The notes beneath the pieces were generated by a model that saw nothing but the letters and a program-made list of their open reading frames with translations, was not told the origin of the DNA and ran no database searches. Positions 60,287 to 64,000 of a DNA stretch of 64,000 nucleotides are shown piece after piece (position 1 is the first letter of the stretch; the number at the start of each line of letters is the position of its first letter). The position numbers and the translations under genes are program-made. Origin of the DNA: an uncultured Rickettsiales bacterium (lineage in GTDB: Bacteria; Myxococcota_A; UBA796; UBA9615); contig CAZBDA010000002.1 of NCBI GenBank assembly GCA_964490445.1, positions 6,078 through 70,077 on the forward strand, written 5' to 3'.

Positions 60287-60825
60287 AGATCCGCGTACCA
60301 GTCCTCCAGGCGGCGGCCCGCAAAGAAGCCCTCGCGCGTCTCAACGAGGAGGCGTTCACCACCGTCGAGGTGAATCCAAAGGGTGTCGTCCAGGGCGCCA
60401 CCCTCATCACGTCCGAAGTGGCGCAAGTTGGCGACATCGCTCCACTGCGCAATTGCACACAGTTGCAATGAACGGAAACAAATCTGCTCGCTGGTCCAGG
60501 CAAGGGCATGCCAGCCCTCGTCGCCCGAGGTAAGGCGACGATAGCGTCGGACCGCTCGAAAGGTACGCAGGAAGCCCCAAGACGCAAGGATCACAAGGAC
60601 CAAGGTGCCGGCGCGCGCCAGCGGCGGGTCGACACCCAACTGCGGCGCAACGAAGTAGAGCGCCGGGGCCACGGCAAGCAACAGCCAGTCCCGGCAACCG
60701 CCACGATACGGCGGCCAGGGACCCTTGTCGGTGCCCTTCACCAACAGGTCCGCGTCAGCCAGGAAGTCGACCAGAGCCCGTTCATCGTCCCTGCCGAGAC
60801 GCTCAAAGGGTAGTACCAGCGCCAT
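60226..60825 (-). CDS. hypothetical membrane protein
   Basis: 199-aa ORF with 2-3 TM helices and no recognisable motif. Overlaps the RluA gene start by about 60 bp, so the ends are uncertain. Confidence 0.35.
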   Translation of the reverse strand: MALVLPFERLGRDDERALVDFLADADLLVKGTDKGPWPPYRGGCRDWLLLAVAPALYFVAPQLGVDPPLARAGTLVLVILASWGFLRTFRAVRRYRRLTSGDEGWHALAWTSEQICFRSLQLCAIAQWSDVANLRHFGRDEGGALDDTLWIHLDGGERLLVETREGFFAGRRLEDWYADLCARWGKSTGRSPCADEQES

Positions 60826-60826
60826 C

Positions 60827-61801
60827 TCAGTCCTCTTCGAAACCGGTCGGAAGGAGCATCAACGCACCCAGCGCTTCTTGCAGCGGGCGGCCTCCAATCA
60901 CGTCGTGTACAGCATTGACGATGGGCATGTCCACGCCCATGCGCTGCGCCAGCTTCACGAGAGTGCCGACTCGCGCAGCCGCCTCGGCATGACCGCCACC
61001 GCCGGACGAAGTCGCGAGGGCCATGCCGGCGCGCACCACCTCGTCGTCGAAGTCCTGCAGACTGCGCATCCAATCGCCGACACCCCCCAGCCCGGAGAGG
61101 GTCCTGCGCTGTCCCCCCATAGCAACCGACAGGCGCCCGGCTTCGACGATGGCGCGCGTCAGCAGAACGGCGGGAAGCCCGCGGCCCAACTCGGCAGCCG
61201 CAATCATTCCGGCAGCGAGCGCGACTGGAGCCCACATGGCGCCGCCCACCTCGACCCCCGGCAGGTCCATCGAGCCGTACAGCCGCAGACGTGGGTGCCC
61301 GAGAAGCTGACAGACCTCTTCGACCAGCGAGCCGAAGGGACTGGCCACCACCGCTGCGCAGTCATCGCCACGCCAGAGGTCATCAGGCACCACAGGACCG
61401 GCCAGGGCCCCTACCCGCAACACGCAACTACCATCCACCACGATCCGAGACACCGACCGACCATCAGCTGCAAAGCCCTTGGCTGTATGCACAACCCGGT
61501 GCTCAGGACGAAGAAATGGCGCCATTCGGGCCACCAACTCAGCGGCCCTGGACGGCGGCACCGCAAGAAACAGCACCTCAGCTTCGAGAGCCTCTGCCAA
61601 CTCCGCCACGGGGGTCACCTGCTCAGGAAGCTCCCCTGGCACCGATTCAGTGCGGCGGGTCTGCGCGATTTCGGCGATCCTGGCGGCGCGGCTCGACCAC
61701 AGGCGAACAGGGTGGCCGGAACTGCCCAGCAGAAAGGCAAGCGTGGAGCCCCACTGGCCGGCACCCACGACCCCTGCGACGGGCGCCTCTGCGCTCATCA
61801 T
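60827..61801 (-). CDS. gpsA: NAD(P)H-dependent glycerol-3-phosphate dehydrogenase
   Basis: N-terminal Rossmann VVGAGQWGSTLAFLL. GpsA-like length and conserved core. Confidence 0.85.
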   Translation of the reverse strand: MMSAEAPVAGVVGAGQWGSTLAFLLGSSGHPVRLWSSRAARIAEIAQTRRTESVPGELPEQVTPVAELAEALEAEVLFLAVPPSRAAELVARMAPFLRPEHRVVHTAKGFAADGRSVSRIVVDGSCVLRVGALAGPVVPDDLWRGDDCAAVVASPFGSLVEEVCQLLGHPRLRLYGSMDLPGVEVGGAMWAPVALAAGMIAAAELGRGLPAVLLTRAIVEAGRLSVAMGGQRRTLSGLGGVGDWMRSLQDFDDEVVRAGMALATSSGGGGHAEAAARVGTLVKLAQRMGVDMPIVNAVHDVIGGRPLQEALGALMLLPTGFEED

Positions 61802-63453
61802 GCACGTCCCTTCACAACGGGAGCCGGAGCTGAAAGGGGGTAGCCTGCCAGGCGATTCGCATAGAACAACGCCAACTTTGGATCGTCCATCAAAAGGGTC
61901 GTGCCCTCCTGGGAGACCGCCCGACTGTTGTGATAGCGGCCGAATTGTTCAATCCCGGCTCTGCAGACATCCTCTGGCCGACCCTCCCGCAAGGAGCCGC
62001 CGAGCCTGACCTGCTGGCGCGCCGCAAGTTCGCGCAGCTCGGCAAGCAGCGCGCGTAGCTCCGCGTCCACCTCTCTCTGGTCGAAGCGACGCGCCTCCAG
62101 CGGCAGCAGCAGGCGACGAAACAGGTCCTGCCCCGGGTTGTGTGCCTCGAGGCGGCGGTGCATCGCAGCCGCCAGCACGTGGGTGTCATAGAGGATGGTG
62201 TCGCGATCATAGGCAGCCGAGACCGCCTCGGCGAGACGGCCGGTGTAGAAGCGGTCCCGCTGCTCATCAGACACCAGCTGACCACCGGACATCACGTAGC
62301 CAGCGGGATCGAAGGAGCGGCCGCTGGGATCCAGCGAGTCGCCCTTCTCGTCTACTGGATTGCCGAAGGGATCCAGCGGCCGACCGAACACCACTTCGAC
62401 GGGATTATCGAGGCTGAGCATGTTGCGCACGAACTGCAGCACCCGGTCCGGACGGCTGAATTCGTCGTCTGTGATGATGTAGCGCGACTTACCGGCATCG
62501 AGCAGGTGGTCTTCCACCAGGGTCTCGGCCTCCAGCACCAGGTTGTAGTTGATGGTCGCGGGAATAAAGAACACCCGCGCCTTGTCGACGCCCCGGGCAA
62601 GGTTCCGCTGGTAGGCCTCCAGTCCCGTCGCAAGAAGGCCCTTCTTGAGGCGAGTCTCGACCCTGCCGCTTCGGGACCTGGTACCGCCAGGGAAAAACAG
62701 CGAATGCCAGCGCCGCTCCAGTGCGTAGGTGGAGTACTCCTTGAGCACCTCTTTGTAGAGGCCGTGCTGCTTGGCGCGATCGATTCGATACGCGCCCAGG
62801 TGGTCCATGAACCATGACAACAGCCAGTTGGTAAAGAGGTTGATCCCCGCTCCATAGATCATGGGCGGCAGACCCGCCTCGTGCAGGGCGAAGCCGATGA
62901 CGGGAGAATCCAGGTTGCTGATGTGTGTCGGCACCAGCACGCAGGTGCCCAGTTCGACCAGCTTGTCGAAGCTCTCCACCGCACCACGGGATTGGATCTT
63001 GTCGCTGAGGGTCAGTTGACCACTGAGGGTACGACTGAGCATGCCCCACAGTTGCTGCTTTCTCAGCAGCAGCGCGAGCCCCTGGGGCAGAACTCGCGTC
63101 GCGCTCTCGTAGGTAGCAGCATCGAAGTGACCGTGGATCTCGGCCACGTACAAGCGAACCATGTCGCGAAGATCCGCACGTAGTTGGTCGTCGTTTGCCC
63201 ACGCGAGTCGGCGGCGGATCTCACGCAATCGCACCAGTTGCTCGAGGTCGCGACCCTGGGCATCCCTACCGATTCGCTTCTCTTCGCTGAAGCAGCACTC
63301 GTTGAGCAGGTAGGCAAGCTCCACGCCCTGAAGGCGGCTTTCGACCCGGGTGACGAGGTCCCCGAGGACCCCTTCGTCGTCGACCGGCTCCCTGGCGATC
63401 CCCTCGCGACGTAGCATAGCCACGAGCCTGGGGGTTCTGCCCGGGGCTGTCAA
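61798..63453 (-). CDS. glycerol-3-phosphate/acyl-glycerolphosphate acyltransferase, PlsB-like
   Basis: H(X4)D acyltransferase motif VPTHISNLDSPVIG and a FPGGTRSRSG block. 4-bp overlap with gpsA, consistent with phospholipid-synthesis coupling. Confidence 0.65.
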   Translation of the reverse strand: MTAPGRTPRLVAMLRREGIAREPVDDEGVLGDLVTRVESRLQGVELAYLLNECCFSEEKRIGRDAQGRDLEQLVRLREIRRRLAWANDDQLRADLRDMVRLYVAEIHGHFDAATYESATRVLPQGLALLLRKQQLWGMLSRTLSGQLTLSDKIQSRGAVESFDKLVELGTCVLVPTHISNLDSPVIGFALHEAGLPPMIYGAGINLFTNWLLSWFMDHLGAYRIDRAKQHGLYKEVLKEYSTYALERRWHSLFFPGGTRSRSGRVETRLKKGLLATGLEAYQRNLARGVDKARVFFIPATINYNLVLEAETLVEDHLLDAGKSRYIITDDEFSRPDRVLQFVRNMLSLDNPVEVVFGRPLDPFGNPVDEKGDSLDPSGRSFDPAGYVMSGGQLVSDEQRDRFYTGRLAEAVSAAYDRDTILYDTHVLAAAMHRRLEAHNPGQDLFRRLLLPLEARRFDQREVDAELRALLAELRELAARQQVRLGGSLREGRPEDVCRAGIEQFGRYHNSRAVSQEGTTLLMDDPKLALFYANRLAGYPLSAPAPVVKGRA

Positions 63454-63470
63454 TCAGGCAGAGTGTGCCC

Positions 63471-64000
63471 ATGCAGCGATCCAAACGCCTACGCTACGGT
63501 CGTTTCTACACCAACCCGTCCGTCGCCGAACTCACCTTGCAGCTCGCTGCTGCCGGCCCCCGCGACCGCATCTGGGACCCCACCTGTGGCGACGGTGCCT
63601 TCCTGCGCCGCGCCCATCGCGATGGGCACAACGCGCAACGATTGTTCGGACACGACATCAACCCAGAAGCTGTCGCCACCTGCGCTGCGGCGCTACCCCA
63701 GGCGACCGTGCAGGTCGCGGACCTGTTCGACCTCGATCCGTCACAACTCGGAACCTTCGAGGTCATCGTCGGCAACCCGCCCTATGTCCGGAACGAACGT
63801 CTGCCGGCAGAGCGGCGCGCCGAGATCCGCTCTCGGATTCAAGCCAGCCTCGGCTTGCGACCACCCGCCCAGTGCGACCTCTCGCTACTTTCTCTGCTGC
63901 AGGCTCTGCGCTTCCTTGCACCGGGCGGCCGGCTCGCCTTCGTCATGCCGAACACCTGGATGGATGCCGACTCTGGCCAGTCCCTCCGCCCTTTCCTGCT
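63471..64000 (+). CDS. N6-adenine DNA methyltransferase (Eco57I/N-6 DNA methylase family), 3'-partial
   Basis: SAM-binding motif RIWDPTCGDGAFL, catalytic motif IVGNPPYV, and FVMPNTWM. The ORF is open to the window end. Confidence 0.65.
   Translation, partial: MQRSKRLRYGRFYTNPSVAELTLQLAAAGPRDRIWDPTCGDGAFLRRAHRDGHNAQRLFGHDINPEAVATCAAALPQATVQVADLFDLDPSQLGTFEVIVGNPPYVRNERLPAERRAEIRSRIQASLGLRPPAQCDLSLLSLLQALRFLAPGGRLAFVMPNTWMDADSGQSLRPFL

Overview
High-GC (roughly two-thirds G+C by eye), gene-dense bacterial chromosome segment. Most genes are on the minus strand, with very short or overlapping intergenic junctions. Several features point to Myxococcota: three proteins end in a Cys...hydrophobic...RRRR tail of the MYXO-CTERM sorting-signal type, one protein has an MJ0042-type zinc ribbon fused to a TonB C-terminal domain, there is a Hanks-type Ser/Thr kinase, and many predicted lipoproteins. 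No rRNA, tRNA, CRISPR array, transposase or integrase was recognised. Housekeeping genes are clear: trkA, carB, an EF-G paralog, HtrA/DegP, RsmB, an RluA-family pseudouridine synthase, a THUMP RNA methyltransferase, gpsA with a PlsB-like acyltransferase, a deoxynucleoside kinase and a class-I aminotransferase. Among these lie accessory-looking modules. (1) A eukaryote-type protein-arginine deiminase lipoprotein, with the PAD4-like motifs FGNLEVSPPVTV, SHIDE and EVHCGSN, sits next to a DDAH-like guanidino-modifying enzyme and a HEAT-repeat protein. (2) A tightly coupled minus-strand operon encodes an outer-membrane beta-barrel with a ComEA-type helix-hairpin-helix DNA-binding domain, a protein with three lamin-tail domains, and a ComEC-type metallo-beta-lactamase hydrolase. 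A second metallo-beta-lactamase lipoprotein is transcribed divergently from it. I read this as a candidate extracellular-DNA capture/processing module. (3) A KaiC/RecA-like ATPase fused to a SLOG/DprA-like Rossmann domain is coupled to the EF-G paralog. (4) A plus-strand operon runs deoxynucleoside kinase, a 987-aa lipoprotein with about 11 novel ~27-aa GND.Y...QG.G repeats, a hypothetical protein, and an orphan GspE/PilB-type ATPase. (5) Two tandem TlpA-like thioredoxin lipoproteins with Asp-rich calcium-type repeats are followed by a secreted poly-Asp protein. An N6-adenine DNA methyltransferase is cut off at the right-hand window edge. Many long antisense ORFs in the supplied track are GC-driven artefacts and were not annotated.
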